NCBI RefSeq assembly: GCF_022045235.1
Contig: NW_027266264.1
Coordinates: forward strand, 9,486,001 to 9,550,000
DNA: 64,000 nt
DNA from: Haliotis cracherodii
Lineage: Eukaryota
Direction: 5' to 3'
Below are positions 11,391 through 24,459 of this stretch, one piece after another (position 1 is the stretch's first letter; each line of letters starts with the position of its first letter). The translations under genes and the position numbers were made by a program. The notes below the pieces were generated by a model that was not told the origin of the DNA, did no database searches, and was given only the letters and a program-made list of their open reading frames with translations.

Positions 11391-12462
11391 ATGACAACCA
11401 CCATTATGATCAGTCTGCTCCTTGTCGTCTGCTGCAGTGTCGTCTGCTCGGCTTGGCGGTTCAAGAGAGACTATAAGAAGTAAGTTCTTCACTGTAGGTT
11501 GGGTGATTTAACTATACAGCCCAGACTTAGCCCCCAGTGACTATTTCCTGTTCCGGCAAACGAAATCTGCCCTACGTGGAAGACGCTTCCAGGATGACGA
11601 GGACATTTAAAGGCTGCCACAGAGGCGTGGTTAGAGGGCCAATCTGCGGATTTCTTTAAAAGTGGTATCAAAAGCTTGACGGACAAATGGAATAGGTGTA
11701 TTGAGGTGAATGGAAATTATATTGAAAAATAAAAGTGCAAAAGATATTCTGCGACTTGGTCTTATATTGAAGTTGCAAAAACTTATTGAACGCCCCTCGT
11801 ATATACTGTCATTTTAAGCGATAAGGGAATCAACCGACTTAAAGTGTACGATCTCTTGTTAGCAAACAGGAAGTATTCTTATGTCCAGTTCGTGCTGCAG
11901 ATAGATTAGTTTCTTCAAGAAAAAGTGTCAGTGGAGTAGTGATAGAAAGGGAGCTATTCAGATACACTGTGTTTAAAATTACCTAAAATACTTCGACTTT
12001 TTGCTTTTCTAAATTTGTTTTTCCCTGTTAAGTTGTAGAGGTTAACCTGTAAGTCCGTAAACCTCGCATTCTGGATGTACTCGTTGGGAACTGTTTTTTC
12101 GGCAACATAACACCGCACTCATTACCGATCGGATTACCAGATTTCGCTGTGTATCGTGTTTTGTTTCAGTTGTTTCTGCAAGGGCGGTCAACATCCACAA
12201 CTATGGCGACATTATAAAAGACTTCGGCTCCATACAACAGTGTCGTGCCTTCCCGGCATGCCGCTGTCACAGAACGGAAATGATGACGTGTAGGACACAG
12301 TGTGACAGGAGGGGGAAAGAGTGGGTGTGTCATCACGAGTGTGGATGGATTCGGGCCGCCAGGGGTGTCCAGATGCGTGCCTCCTTCACAGCCAGTACTT
12401 GCCATTCCAACACGTCATATTTAGTTTATGAGTGTGGTTCCCAAGTCAACCGTGCATTTTGA
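11391..12462 (+). CDS. Putative small secreted cysteine-rich protein (~123 aa, 2 exons)
   Basis: Exon 1 (11391-11479) reads MTTTIMISLLLVVCCSVVCSA-WRFKRDYK with GCCATG context, a hydrophobic signal peptide and an AA|GTAAGT donor. Exon 2 (12183-12462) is in frame via an AAG acceptor and gives KAVNIHNYGDII...CRAFPACRC...CRTQC...CHHEC...ECGSQVNRAF*. Confidence 0.55.
11575..11799 (+). mobile_element. Mariner 3' remnant in an intron
   Basis: Encodes KAATEAWLEGQSADFFKSGIKSLTDKWNRCIEVNGNYIEK*. Right TIR AACTTATTGAACGCCCCTCG followed by TA. Confidence 0.8.
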
Positions 12463-12531
12463 TATTGGTGATGGCGAAGTTGGAAGTACATGTTTTACAT
12501 TTAACAAACACTTTATTTTTATGTATGTTCC

Positions 12532-12697
12532 GGGGCGGTCGGGTAGCCTAGTGGTTAAAGCGTTCGCTCGTCACGCCGAAGACCCGGTTCGAATCCCGAC
12601 ATGGGTACAATGTGTGAAGCCCATTTCTGGTGTCCCCCGCCGTGATATTGTTGGAATATTGCTAAAAGCGGCGTAAAACCATACTCACCCACTCACT
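12532..12697 (+). mobile_element. tRNA-derived SINE family B
   Basis: A box TAGCCTAGTGG, B box GGTTCGAATCC, (ACTC)n tail and a 13-bp TSD TTATG(T/A)ATGTTCC. Confidence 0.9.
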
Positions 12698-14459
12698 TAT
12701 GAATGTTCCAAAGCGGTCAACAGCATGTTCCTCTTAACGTTAGGTTAAAATACTATCTACATCAAAATATAATTGTCACTCTGTTGTCTAAACTTGCTAG
12801 TATTTTGTCACGAATAAATATGGTCTGTCTCATAAAATTCGTCTTACAGGATAACTTTGATCCAAAGGATTTACACGGCGTGAAAAAGTTAATTTATTAT
12901 GGGTTAAATACGGTAAGGATTATCCTGCCACAGCCAGGTACATGCACGTGAATATGATGTCACGAAGTCGCGTGAGGAAGGTGAGATGGGTGTTCACTGA
13001 ATGTGTTGAACCATTCGAGGTCTTCGCATCACCGAGCAGATGTTACATCTTGCTCAATATTGGCTCAAGGATATGAGTTCACAAAGTATTGGAGTGTTTC
13101 GCCGATGAGCAAAGTTTTTGAGCCGTATGGCAGATCCTTTAATCTGAGTGATACGATGTGTTTATTGTAATATGGGAAGTTGCTGGTAAAGTAACAGTTG
13201 GGACCCAAAACTGAGCCAAGGAAGACGGAAGAAAAAGCAGTCACAGATGAAGATTCATTTTAGATAAGTATAGTTTTGTTATAAAATTGGAAACATTTTT
13301 GAATAATAACAACAAAACTTCCAAGTTATATCATGTTTTCTTTGGTCATATCTTTAGTTTGGAACTGTATAACTGAAAACGGATGTGTTTTTGACAGATT
13401 TGTGGATTGACTTCAAGGAATGGTTACACGCTTGACGAGTGTATTTATTTTTGATTGTTAATAAACCTGCTCGCTTGTCAGCTGCGGTAGGCAAAACCCT
13501 TGCGATGCGTATGTTGTACATGGTAAATATTTTATGTTCGTTTGAGCGAAGGTAATTTGAACATATATTTTGTAGTATACCTACCTATTGATGCAAGTAC
13601 CTACACTGTCATAAAGTGCACGTATGTAACCCAGAAGGTGAAACAATTTGTAATTTGCAGAATCAGGAAAGGGGACAACACCCATTTGAGTATTAATAAA
13701 ATATGTAACAGAAAAATAGAAAACAAACATATCATGAAAACAAAACTAGTAATATATTTTCACAATAATGACTCCTGAAATATGTGTAATTGTTTTCAAG
13801 GAACAAGGGGTATTAAGTTGACACAATCATAGTATATGCATTATAAGTGTTTAACATTTTAACGAATGGAACGACATAAAACTCATCACATGATATCAAT
13901 ATTATTTGCATTGTCTAGAATTGAACGAACAATTATGGCAGCCAATGGCTGGATGGAATGGATTGAAAATGTTTTGTATATATATACGTTTCTCATATTG
14001 TTCATAAGGAATCTTTTCAAAGTAATAGTTACATTGTTCAAATATGATTATATAATGTAGATCAGTGGAGACTTGCAGATATTGTTGAAATTGAAACCCA
14101 CGACAATGTGAATGCGTAGTTATTATATAGCATCGAATCATACTTCTCTGTGAGAGTTACCTCCCTGATGCTAAGCGTACTGTTTGTTTACTCCTGTAAC
14201 CTGGCACGTCAGTTATTCACGCTGTACAAAAGTAGTCATCCCTCGTACATTGAAACTGGGTCGACGTTTCCCGCCCGTCCCCATGACAGAGTTGGTCTCC
14301 CTTTAATTTTTTAGCCCAACTACCACGCACGTGTTTAGTGCAATATTTTACAGTTAGGAATGTTTTAAAAAATATTTTCATATGATTTATGTATTTCGTA
14401 TGTACACATCATTATACATGTGCGAGATAAAGATAAGGTTACTTTAAAAAGAATCTATA

Positions 14460-15720
14460 CGAGGGGTGATTGATAAGTTGTGAGCCTACCTCTGAAGGAG
14501 TGTGGTATGGGTGAATTCCTTTGTGGTGGTGATAGACTGATCAAGTACAGTGACATACACAGGAGGATTGTTGTACTGGACACATTATTTAGTTTAGTAT
14601 AAGCTATTGACTGCAAGGGGGGTTATGAGATGACTTAAAATGGAGAAACAGGAAAAGCGAGCTGTTATCAAATACCTTTACAAGAAAGGCTTAACACCCA
14701 ATGCCATCTGAGGATATGCTATCCACACTAGGGGAAGATGCCCCGTCATATGCAACAGTGAAAAGCTGGGTGGCAGAGTTTAAACGTGTGCGATCGAGCA
14801 CTTATGATGAACCCCGTCCTGGTCCACCTGTTGTGTCTTCAACACCTGAAATGGTACAGCGAATCCTGGACATAGTCATGGACGACCGACGAGTGACACA
14901 GCGACAGATAGCCAACTTAGTGGACATCTCTCAGGAGCGAGTGCATTTCATTCTGACAGATATTCTAGGAATGCACAAAGTTTCTGCTCGATGGGTCCCC
15001 AAACTGTTGAAAGCTGATCAGAAACGTCAAAGAGAGAATCCCTCAGGGGAGAACCTCAAGCTTTTTGAAGGTGATCCAGATAACTTTCTCAAACGATTTT
15101 GTTACAATGGACGAAACATGGGTCCACCACTTTGAACCTGAATCAAAACAACAGTCTAAACAGTGGAAACATGTCACATCTCCTACTCCAAAAAAAGCAA
15201 AGTCTGTGCCTTCAGCTTGCATCCGTGTTTTGGGATTCTGAAGGTGTGATCATGGTGGACTGGCTTCCTAAAGGCCGTACTGTTACAGGGGCTTACTATG
15301 TGGAACTTCTGAGACAGTTAAGAGAGAAAATCAAAGTTGACGAAAGGTGTGCTTTATCATCACGACAATGCTCCAGCACACACATCACTGATAGCAATGG
15401 CCAAATCCATGAGTGTGGCTTTGATCTTCTCCAACATCCACCTTATTCACCTGATTTGGCTCCGTCAATCATCTGTTCCCACAGTTGAAAAGGCATTTAG
15501 CTGGAACTCATTTCCAGTCAGATGATGACGTCATTACAGCGGTCAACAACTTTTTGAGTGACCAAGAAGTTAACTTCTACAAAAGTGGCATAATGGCATT
15601 GCAGCATCGCTGGCAGAAATGTGTTGACCTTAAAGAGGACTATGTCGAAAAATAAAAAGCTTTGGTATCAAACTGACTTTGTTTTCTTTGTTAGGCTTAG
15701 AACTTATCAATCGCCCCTCG
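14460..15720 (+). mobile_element. Full-length mariner transposon (irritans/Himar-like) with frameshifted transposase
   Basis: TIRs CGAGGGGTGATTGATAAGTT / AACTTATCAATCGCCCCTCG with TA on both sides. Transposase 14640-15655 has MEKQEKRAVIKYL, WVPKLL, TMDETWVHHF, HHDNAPAH, YSPDLAPS and DYVEK*, split over several frames. Confidence 0.95.
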
Positions 15721-15792
15721 TACATCTATCTGACAATTACTCATATCATAGATGTTGCCTCCCTTTGATCATTGTGCCGGATTAACCCAAAC

Positions 15793-15815
15793 AGAGAGAG
15801 AGAGAGAGAGAGAGA
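15793..15815. repeat. (GA)n microsatellite
   Basis: Seen directly. Confidence 0.95.
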
Positions 15816-16171
15816 TAGTGATAAGATTTCTTTTAAACGTTTGTTGACATCTTTCCAACTATTACTCATACCCATGTAACTTGCTCAAACCATATACAAA
15901 TAAAGCACGGCCCATGGCGCTGTGCAGTAATAGTTTATGCTGTTGAGGGCGGTGATTTGTCTCACAATGATTATTCTTGGTATATATATTTTCAAAACAT
16001 ACATCAGCCCAAACCCAACTACAGGAAGAATGGCCTAATAAAGGGATGTCTTTAAGGAATGAAGCAAAGTAACTGGGCATTGAATAGTATCTGAATAGAA
16101 TAGCCATCTCTTTACAAGCTTTGATATAAACCAGAAATATTGTGTTCATTTCCCAGTGCAGGAATAGATAA

Positions 16172-16175
<4 letters not shown>

Positions 16176-16257
<82 letters not shown>
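16176..16257. repeat. (CT)n microsatellite, about 41 units
   Basis: Seen directly. It explains the poly-ER/RE ORFs. Confidence 0.98.
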
Positions 16258-16259
<2 letters not shown>

Positions 16260-16791
16260 GAGTATTGGACGGTGCACACAATAGCAATCACTGGTTTGTC
16301 TTTCACATATTGTTGAACAGGCCGCCGTGATTCAGCTAGAGTATTTCTGACAGCGGCGTAAAGCAACACAAACAAATATCTGGGATCTAAGGTACATGTA
16401 TATCATAGTATACGACATCGAAAACTGATAAGCTAAAGTGAACTATTAATGGATAGACGAGAAAATCTATTTTATTGACAAAAGAAAAATGCCAAAACGT
16501 TTCGTTGAACCTACGATGTACATTTACTGATACAAACAACATGAACATTACAGGATAAAGTGAGTATATTTAATGCTACACACGTGACAGCTTACACCAC
16601 TAAACTCTGTGCTTAATAATGTGTAAAATGAATATTGTACGAAACTTGATTTAAACGGCATTAAATGAGGGGAGAGAGAATTTGTACGGTCACTACTTCA
16701 GGACATAGAGGACACCTCGCATGTTTAGCAAACCATTTCTTCTCATTTGTAAAATCAATATAGCCTAACATAGTCCATTCCATCTTGAAGT

Positions 16792-16866
16792 CATCTTCCC
16801 GAGGCAAGGGAGTTAACTGGAAACGGGACTTTGATAGTCAGTTAACTCCCTTGCCTCGGAAATATG
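16792..16866. mobile_element. 75-bp internally deleted member of the 9-bp-TSD MITE family
   Basis: Both TIRs are present and joined. TSD TCTTGAAGT / CCTTGAAGT. Confidence 0.85.
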
Positions 16867-17376
16867 CCTTGAAGTCTTATAATTATCCAGTATTCCCAAA
16901 GAACGTTCTAAGGTAGGTATTTAACTGTATCTATGCCATTTCCGGAAATTGTTTCACAGGCATTTCTTAGAAGTTGGTGAATGACAAATAGACACTTTTT
17001 GGGATAACAACTTTCTTAACATTAAATTATAGTGGCGTTTCGGTGTAGATCTTTATACGTTGTCAAGGAAGATTGATTTCCCGGAATCAAATTATTTCTG
17101 TTTTCCAGGTCACCAAATTCTATGCTGTGTGAGGTTACATGGAATATAGGTGATTTTGCACTGGATGGTATCTAGGTCTGTTGAAAGAATGATATCGTTA
17201 CCATTAAAGAGCAATGAGGCCCAGTGATCATCCACGTTAGGCCATGCCACGCCCCCTGCATTATACCTGAGGATAAATCATTCTCATGACGTCATCCTAT
17301 TCCAAGTGGATCCTGAACAACCAAATACCCCTGCATGAAAAAATGTTGGACCCATCCAATCTGCACAAGGGAAATG

Positions 17377-17500
17377 TTTGTTTTGTTTGTTTGTTGTTTA
17401 ACGCCGCACTTAGCAATATTCCAGCTATATGACGGCGGTCTGTAAGTAATCGAGTCTGGACCAGACAATCCAGTGATCCAGTACATGGAATACGATGACA
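17377..17500 (-). mobile_element. SINE-like family A, 3' fragment
   Basis: Matches the 3' end of the consensus. Confidence 0.8.
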
Positions 17501-18682
17501 ACGTGTGGTCTGCTGTTGCATAGAACTTTTCATTAAAAAACATAGGTTGTGTTTTTGTGCATGCTTCTCATAAATTATTGAAGTCAGAGAAAGACCTCGA
17601 AAGCGTGACTTAAAACATGGACATATACTGAGACATGCGGCCCGCGAGGAGGGAGACAAAATATGTTATTAATATGATATATATAATCACAGGACAAATG
17701 CTGTGGGTATTGGTTCAAGTTCTACTGAAATATTTCTCGTTCGGGCATATCTATTAAGCATGTGGCTAGCAAGTTTTGCATTGGAATGGCATACTATGAT
17801 GTTGATGAAAACTAAATTTAAAAAAAACAAACTAAATGAGATAAATTCGCATATTGCCAAAGACGTTACTACATAGTTAATACATGTACAAAGTTACATG
17901 ATACAATACAACTATTCTACTCCGAAAATGAATACCACCCTCATAGCTTATACTGAAAACACAACAAACCTGATACATTAACACAATTACCAAGAATAGC
18001 CAAGTCCATCAATACTATCATAATGTTACATGAATATACATGTAGATACATTGAACGGTTTTCACAATCTGCTGAAAAAGAAAGAAACCTAAACCTGTTT
18101 ACATGTTGAAACGGATAAGTGTTATGTAAATCAGTCTTAAGAAGCAAAATGTTCCAGTTCACTAACAGGTGATAAAAACACATGATTTTATAAACATTTT
18201 CTGCTACGCAAAACGTGTTAAGCAGACAAAGTTATTTCTTCTTTCGTGTAAATTGACAAGTCTGCTATATTAAATATTCGAGATGCCCTTTCACGAAATA
18301 AATTGTTTATCTGTGTAGATGCTTATGCATGGAATGAACAATGCAGATTCAAGTGAGAGACTTGTAATACCTCTCACGCAAAGGTCAAAGCTCATGAATA
18401 ACATGACGCCATCGATCAATTGTTTTTTTCTGGACCAAACAGGAAATTGTCGAGTGTTATTATTGAAAACAGCGTATCCTTTGTTTAACAAAACTACATA
18501 CATAAACTTTCTTTGGAGAAGAAAAAAATATCATGAAGCAAAGGAAAATTTATAGAAGTAACACGACTGCCACCAGGTTGTTTTGTGACATTTGGTAGTG
18601 TGTACACGGAAACTAGTTCTAAAATGGATGTTCCCAAGTGCTGGTTGAGATTAATTGAGATTGAACAGAATGCGCCGAAGGT

Positions 18683-21600
18683 TCACTGGTGGTTTATCTC
18701 CCCCTGTTCCTCCTGATGACCTTCAAGACACCCTAGTACCTCCTTGTGGAATTCCTGATAGAAGGGCGTGGCTGTGACAGGGGGTTCGTTACCCACAACA
18801 CCGTGGGACTCCTTTCTCAGGATACTCTGTAACGCTAGAATACAACAATAGGGTCAAAACATGAATACACAGTGGTCTTGGCCGTCGGAAATATATCGTG
18901 TTCCTGTGCTACCAGAAGAGTGCCTATTTTAATGCATAGTTGTGAAAGAGATCCCTCCTTTCCAGCGAGTAGAAAGGTTAATGAAAGGTTAGTGTACGTC
19001 ATAGAACCATTTCCTTAGTAGTTAACTAATGACTAATATTTACAGAGGATCTCAACTTGCATTTATACATGTTGCGTTTTATTGTGCTGATAGTGTGTGG
19101 GAGAGGGGTTTGGCGTGCGGGGGAATGTGTCTGGGCGTGTTAAGAATTGACAAAAGCATTCTAACCGTCAGCATCATTAATCACTACTGTTGCTGCGTGG
19201 CTTGTTGTGTAGATCCTGCACTCTTCAACTACACCGTGTCTTCCTCCCGACTCGTTGCTCTCAAAATACGACCTGAGGGCCTCCTCCGTGACGTGCTCTG
19301 GCAGGCCCTTCACGACCAGGCCGACCGCAGCCCCAACCCCGACAAGATCTATCTGATGGCCGTCCACCTGACGCCTCGACGCCTTGTCCTGACAGCGTCT
19401 GGCATCTACCCATATTGTACTCTACATTACATTACAGTCAATCAAACACTTTACAGATGAAACATATTAAACATATGATATTATCAAGAAAAGCATAGAC
19501 AAGGATACTCCATGGGAGGTCATTTAAAACATGGAGAAGTATATGGGGAAGTCATGGAAAACATGGAGAAGTAAATAGGGAGGTCATGGAAAACATGGAG
19601 AAGTATATAGGGAGATCATGGAGAAGTATATAGGGGGGGCATGGAGAAGTATATAGGGGGGGCAAGGAAACATGGAGAAGTATATAGAGAGGTCATTGAA
19701 ACATGGAGAAGTATATAGGGAGGTCATTGAAACATGGAGAAGTATATAGGGAGGTCATTGAAACATGGAGAAGTATATAGGGAGGTCATTGAAACATGGA
19801 GAAGTATATAGGGAGGTCATTGAAACATGGAGAAGTATATAGGGAGGTCATGGAAAACATGGAGAAGTATATAGGGAGGTCATGGAGAAGTATATAGGGA
19901 GGTCATGGAGAAGTATATAGGGAGGTCATGGAAAACATGGAGAAGTATATAGGGAGGTCATGGAAAACATGGAGAAGTATATAGGGAGGTCATGGAAAAC
20001 ATGGAGAAGTATTTTGTGAGGTCATGGAAACATGGAGAAGAATAGGGAGGACAAATGGACCACGAATGACCAATCCCTTATTTCTGACTGCAAAGGCCAT
20101 TTCTGACATTGTTGACACACACATAAACCAACGTGAAATCTTGTGAAATCTGCAAATAAAGTTGTTTACAATTTACCTTCTATATCTTCCTCCATTGTAA
20201 CCAGGGCAATGTGTTTGACTCTGTCATCAAAATAGTCGATCGCTTCTACTCCATTGTCACATATGACCTCCAGGAAGTTGACGAGTGTGTCCTCTGCGCA
20301 TGCTGGCAGATTCTGTGAAGATATCAGACGGGATTAACACCTATCGTTTATCAAAATAATGTTTCTCACCCGTTCGCCAGTACTAATGTCAGTGGTGAGG
20401 TCAAGAAAATGTGAGTTCAAGATTATTCCACTATTTTATCAACTAACATGCACGTGTTTGAGTGACTGCTTGTACTAGCCCTCCGAGCCGACCAGTCCTT
20501 ATTTTTATCCAATTAATGCCGAGCGCCAGACAGGGTAACATCAAATACCATCGTTTAACGATAATGTGGTATGATGCGACAAGGGGATCGAACCTCCGAC
20601 CTTTTGCTCTCCGGGCAGACGCTCTATCCACTAGACTACAGGGGCGATGAATTAATCAAGTGAATTAATGTTGATTAAACGCCGTAGTCAGCAATACGGC
20701 ATGTACGTAATCGAGTCTGGACTGGACAAACCAGTGATCGATGGAATGAGCACAATGATGCGCGGTCATTAAAATCACTGAGTCTGACCACCCGATCCTA
20801 AACCACATCGATCGACAAGCATTGGACGCTGGATAATACGAACTATCAAATTATGACAGCGCCTAGATGGTAAACATAAGGATCTATGTGCACAGATTCT
20901 GTGTGAGCTGTTTGTTCTACAGTGAATCCTTGTTAATGCGATGCCCTGTGAGTGAGTGAATGATTTGGGTTTAACGCCGCTTTAAACATCATTTCAGTTT
21001 TATAACGGCGTGTCAACTTATTGTGCTCAGAGTAAGGGAGTGAGTGCGTAAGGTTTTACGCCGCTTTTAGCAATATTCCAGCTTCACACATTGTACCCAT
21101 GTCGGGAATCGAACCCGGGTCTTCGGCGTGACGAGCGAACGCTTTAACCACTAGGCTACCCGACCGCCCCCTATTGTGGTTAGAAAGACCACAGTGGTGC
21201 AGGTCTCAAACGATTGCCACTTTGGTGAAAGGAACAACGATCATAGGATCCTAACACGCCTTAGAAATGTAACTCTGCACAGCGAACTGTGCGCCTTTGA
21301 CGACTGAGCCTTAATTTCATCACGTGCTTGATTATTTCTTGCAAACATTGGTGCTAGCTCTTACAAACATGTCATACCAACACAGTGGGTTGGTTCAGTA
21401 TACAAAGTTGGTTGGTTTGTTGTTTAACGCAATATTCCAGCTATATGACGGCGGTCTATAAATAATCGAGCCCAAACCAGACAATCCAACGATTAAAATC
21501 GATCCACGCAATTGGGATCGATGACATGCATCAACCAAGTCAGCGAGTCTGACCACCCGATCCCGTTAGTCGCCTTTTACGACAAGCATAGTCGCTTTTT

Positions 21601-21696
21601 ACAGCAAGTATGGGTTGCTGAAGACCTATTCTACCCCGGATCTTCACGGGTCTCAGTATACAAAGAAGCAACACTAACTACCTTACGAGTGGCCAT
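18683..21696 (-). CDS. Putative short protein with tandem RRM-like domains of the PARP14/PARP10/NMI-IFI35 type (~180 aa)
   Basis: Phase-compatible exons: 21696-21682 (MATRK, tentative), 20312-20177 (NLPACAEDTLVNFLEV...), 19405-19166 (...VVKGLPEHVTEEALRSYFESNESGG...) and 18834-18683 (ALQSILRKESH...PFYQEF...*). Confidence 0.55.
19510..20050. repeat. Minisatellite, 31-32-bp unit AAACATGGAGAAGTATATAGGGAGGTCATTG
   Basis: About 17 tandem units with 24-bp deletion variants. It lies in an intron of the RRM-like gene. Confidence 0.95.
20455..20647 (-). mobile_element. tRNA-derived SINE family C (partial)
   Basis: A/B boxes on the minus strand. The body (TGGTATTTG..ACCCTGTCTGGCGCTCGGCATTAA) is shared with 29142-29496 and resembles the Meta-SINE domain as I recall it. 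Confidence 0.8.
21036..21170 (-). mobile_element. tRNA-derived SINE family B with an internal deletion
   Basis: Reverse-complement match to 12532-12697. Confidence 0.88.
21408..21652 (-). mobile_element. SINE-like family A, full-length copy
   Basis: 13-bp TSD TCAGTATACAAAG (21395-21407 / 21653-21665). The 5' end is GACCCGTG. Confidence 0.9.
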
Positions 21697-23404
21697 TCCA
21701 GGCACCTCGACCTTCACTAAAGGTCACTCTAAACCTTACAACGCCAAGGTCCTACCCTAAAGATAATAGGTACCAAATTGCATCCGACTTCAGTTAACAC
21801 TTCTTGAGTTATCATGAACATAATACACTGCGAACCTCAGGCCTGCAGAGTGAATCTAACCTTTATATTTCAAGAACAATCCCAGGGGATCTATATACAC
21901 CATGTACACTAAATAGGGTGTGTCCAGGTGGAATTCAATGAGTCAACAAAACTATTGCTGCTCATTCAAAAAAGGCCACACTTACCAACGTATGGTAGCA
22001 TGAGATTGACATCACTTGTATTCACATTATATAACCACTATAAGACTTATCGGCAAGACAAAAGCCTTAGTGAAAATGCCAAACAAAATATAAGAACACA
22101 ACCTTTCCTATTGTCGCTCTCATCGTTACATGCATCACGAATACTTACTAACAAAAAATTGAAATCTACGAACTTTCGCTTTCGTTTTACATCTAGGCCG
22201 TTTATTGTTGACAAGGTCACACGTATGAACATGTTATCCATTACGAAGTAATTCATGCACGTCAGCCGGTAATGTTCGTCAAGGGCAGAAATACCTGTAT
22301 ATACAACACTAAAATGCGTGGGAAAACCCAATCTATTCGAAATATGGGTGTCGGTAATTGGTCCCGAGCGAACGAAGGCTTCGTCCCGGTGTTGTTTAGC
22401 TTATAGGTTGTCGTACATCATTCTATTTGAGTATACTCAAAGTGTTGAATGAAAAAGGACCCTATTGCCCTCGTTATATATGCGCTGTGGTATTGTACGA
22501 GGGAATTGTATCAGTGATAAAAAAAATAAGTGCACAACACAAGAAGAAGCACTCCTCACTTTAGCAACAAGCAGTCTCTTCTCCATCATCAATATGTTCT
22601 TCTCTTGTAGAGATGGCGGGGATGTGTACTGAAGACTCCTTGTTTAACCAGGTGTTTTGTTGATCTCGTCAGTCCAGGATGAATTCTCGTTTGGTAATGC
22701 AGTCTTAGTTTCGATTTCAAACGGGAGTCACGTGATCGAGTCACAGCACAAATGCCACTTCCCATGCATGTATAATACAATGGAATGACAGCTGTAGCGT
22801 CAGGGCGATACTATTCAGTTAAAGGGGTCGCTGCTTACAGTGCCTATCCAGCCATACCGCAACCAGAGACACCAAGTCCTACGTGGTACCTGTGTGGGAA
22901 TTCGAATTCGGACCTTGAACACGGAGTCCATACATTACGTGCATGGACTCTGTTTTATAGAAGATTTATCTTTTAAAATTGCCTCTTGAAATTAGTCAAA
23001 TACCACCAACACTATATAATAACGACTAACTGTGAAGAATATTTGCCCTAAGAACAATACACATCGACATCTCTTTGTAGTGTCACCATGTCAATCTCAT
23101 ATACCAAGAAACATTCAGGCTAAAAAATAGATTGACCATTCCATAATTTCGGATAAATATACTATCTGATTACTCAATACATAAATGGATTATCTTTCCC
23201 GACTGAAAGCATGGTGTTGTCCCGTGTCTTTGACAGGGGATTTATATTCCTTGGGTAGGGACATTCACGAGATTCGCGTAAAATAGTTCATATGTTACCC
23301 ATTATCATTAAAGAAGAACGTAAAATAAAACAAATAAACAGCACATAGCAGCTTCACAAAGGTGTTCTGATAAATAACGTTTTCCAACTCTGTCGTGAAC
23401 AATG

Positions 23405-23620
23405 GATGATGTCATGTTATCCACGAAAAGGTGATTTCATGGCGTCTATGTTGCTTTTATTCATCAATATGTGATATATGGCATCTATGTTGACGTCATT
23501 CATAAAAAGGTAATATTATGGCATCCATGTTAGACTTTATTCACGAAGAGGCGATGTCATGGCGTCCATTGTGACTTCATTCACTAACAGGTATTGTTTT
23601 GTGGTCAGTATTGACTTCAT
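23405..23620. repeat. Degenerate ~41-bp tandem repeat
   Basis: About 5 recurring units of ATGGCRTCYATGTTGACTTYATTCA...AGGT. Confidence 0.7.
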
Positions 23621-23630
23621 TGTGGAGAAG

Positions 23631-23802
23631 GGGGCGGTAGGGTAGCCTAGTTGTTAAAGCGTTCGCTCGTCACGCCGAAAACCCGGGTTCGATTCCCGAC
23701 ATGGGTACAATATGTGAAGCCCATTTCTGGTGTCCCCCGTCTTGATATTACTGGAATTTTGCTAAAAAGCAGCGTAAAACCATACTCACTCACTCACTCA
23801 CT
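23631..23802 (+). mobile_element. tRNA-derived SINE family B
   Basis: Match to 12532-12697, with a GTGGAGAA flanking duplication. Confidence 0.9.
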
Positions 23803-24459
23803 CAAAGTGGAGAAACACGCCCACGGGTCATTACATTGTAAACAGAATGACCAAACGTAGCTTTTTCAATATAAAAATGTTCTTGGAAACTCGTGAACAA
23901 ATTCAGATGTCATCATTGGTAGGAAGAAGCATGACAACTTACAGTTTCATTGGTCCAGTTTTCTGAAGACATGAAGTTTACACTCCGAGAAAATACAATT
24001 TGAGCGCATTTAGGAGCATGGACAAAGATCTAACGTCCAATAAATGTCAACATCAAAATATCGCTATAAAAGGAACATATGTCTTCAGACCCCGTATTAA
24101 CTACATACATACCACGTCATTACATATTGAACGGAAATGGTTAAGTAATGGCCGCAAGTAGATTCAGCATTCAATGTGATCACAGTGAATAGATAATACA
24201 TGTTGAACGACACCACAATCCACGCATGTAGCAAATTTAATTACATTTTGAAAAAAATGACCGAATAGTGACCAGGAGTAGATTGTTCAAAATGGCTCCC
24301 GTGATAATATTTAAAAAGGCCAAAGATTAGTAGCATAATATTATAAAACAAGATTCATCCCCAAAAATTCGAAAGAATAAATCATCTGATTACAGCTAGT
24401 ATGACAAGAGTGATCTGTCCATCTTGATGAGAGTATTCCTATCTAATCTGTCTGACCGT

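Noticed and set aside
12532-12605. tRNA-Asp(GTC)-like gene (also at 21100-21170, 23631 and 30346)
   Set aside because: The acceptor stem is not intact, and it continues into a shared SINE body and tail with TSDs. These are SINE heads, not tRNA genes.
15862-16375. ORFs with poly-ER/RE tracts
   Set aside because: They are translations of the (CT)n microsatellite.
19510-20050. CRISPR-like array
   Set aside because: The units are contiguous with no unique spacers, there are no cas genes and the context is eukaryotic.
20071-20149. Extra exon of the RRM-like gene after a TTTGCAG acceptor
   Set aside because: It would need a 27-nt intron, which is too short. The 20177 to 19405 join is already in phase.
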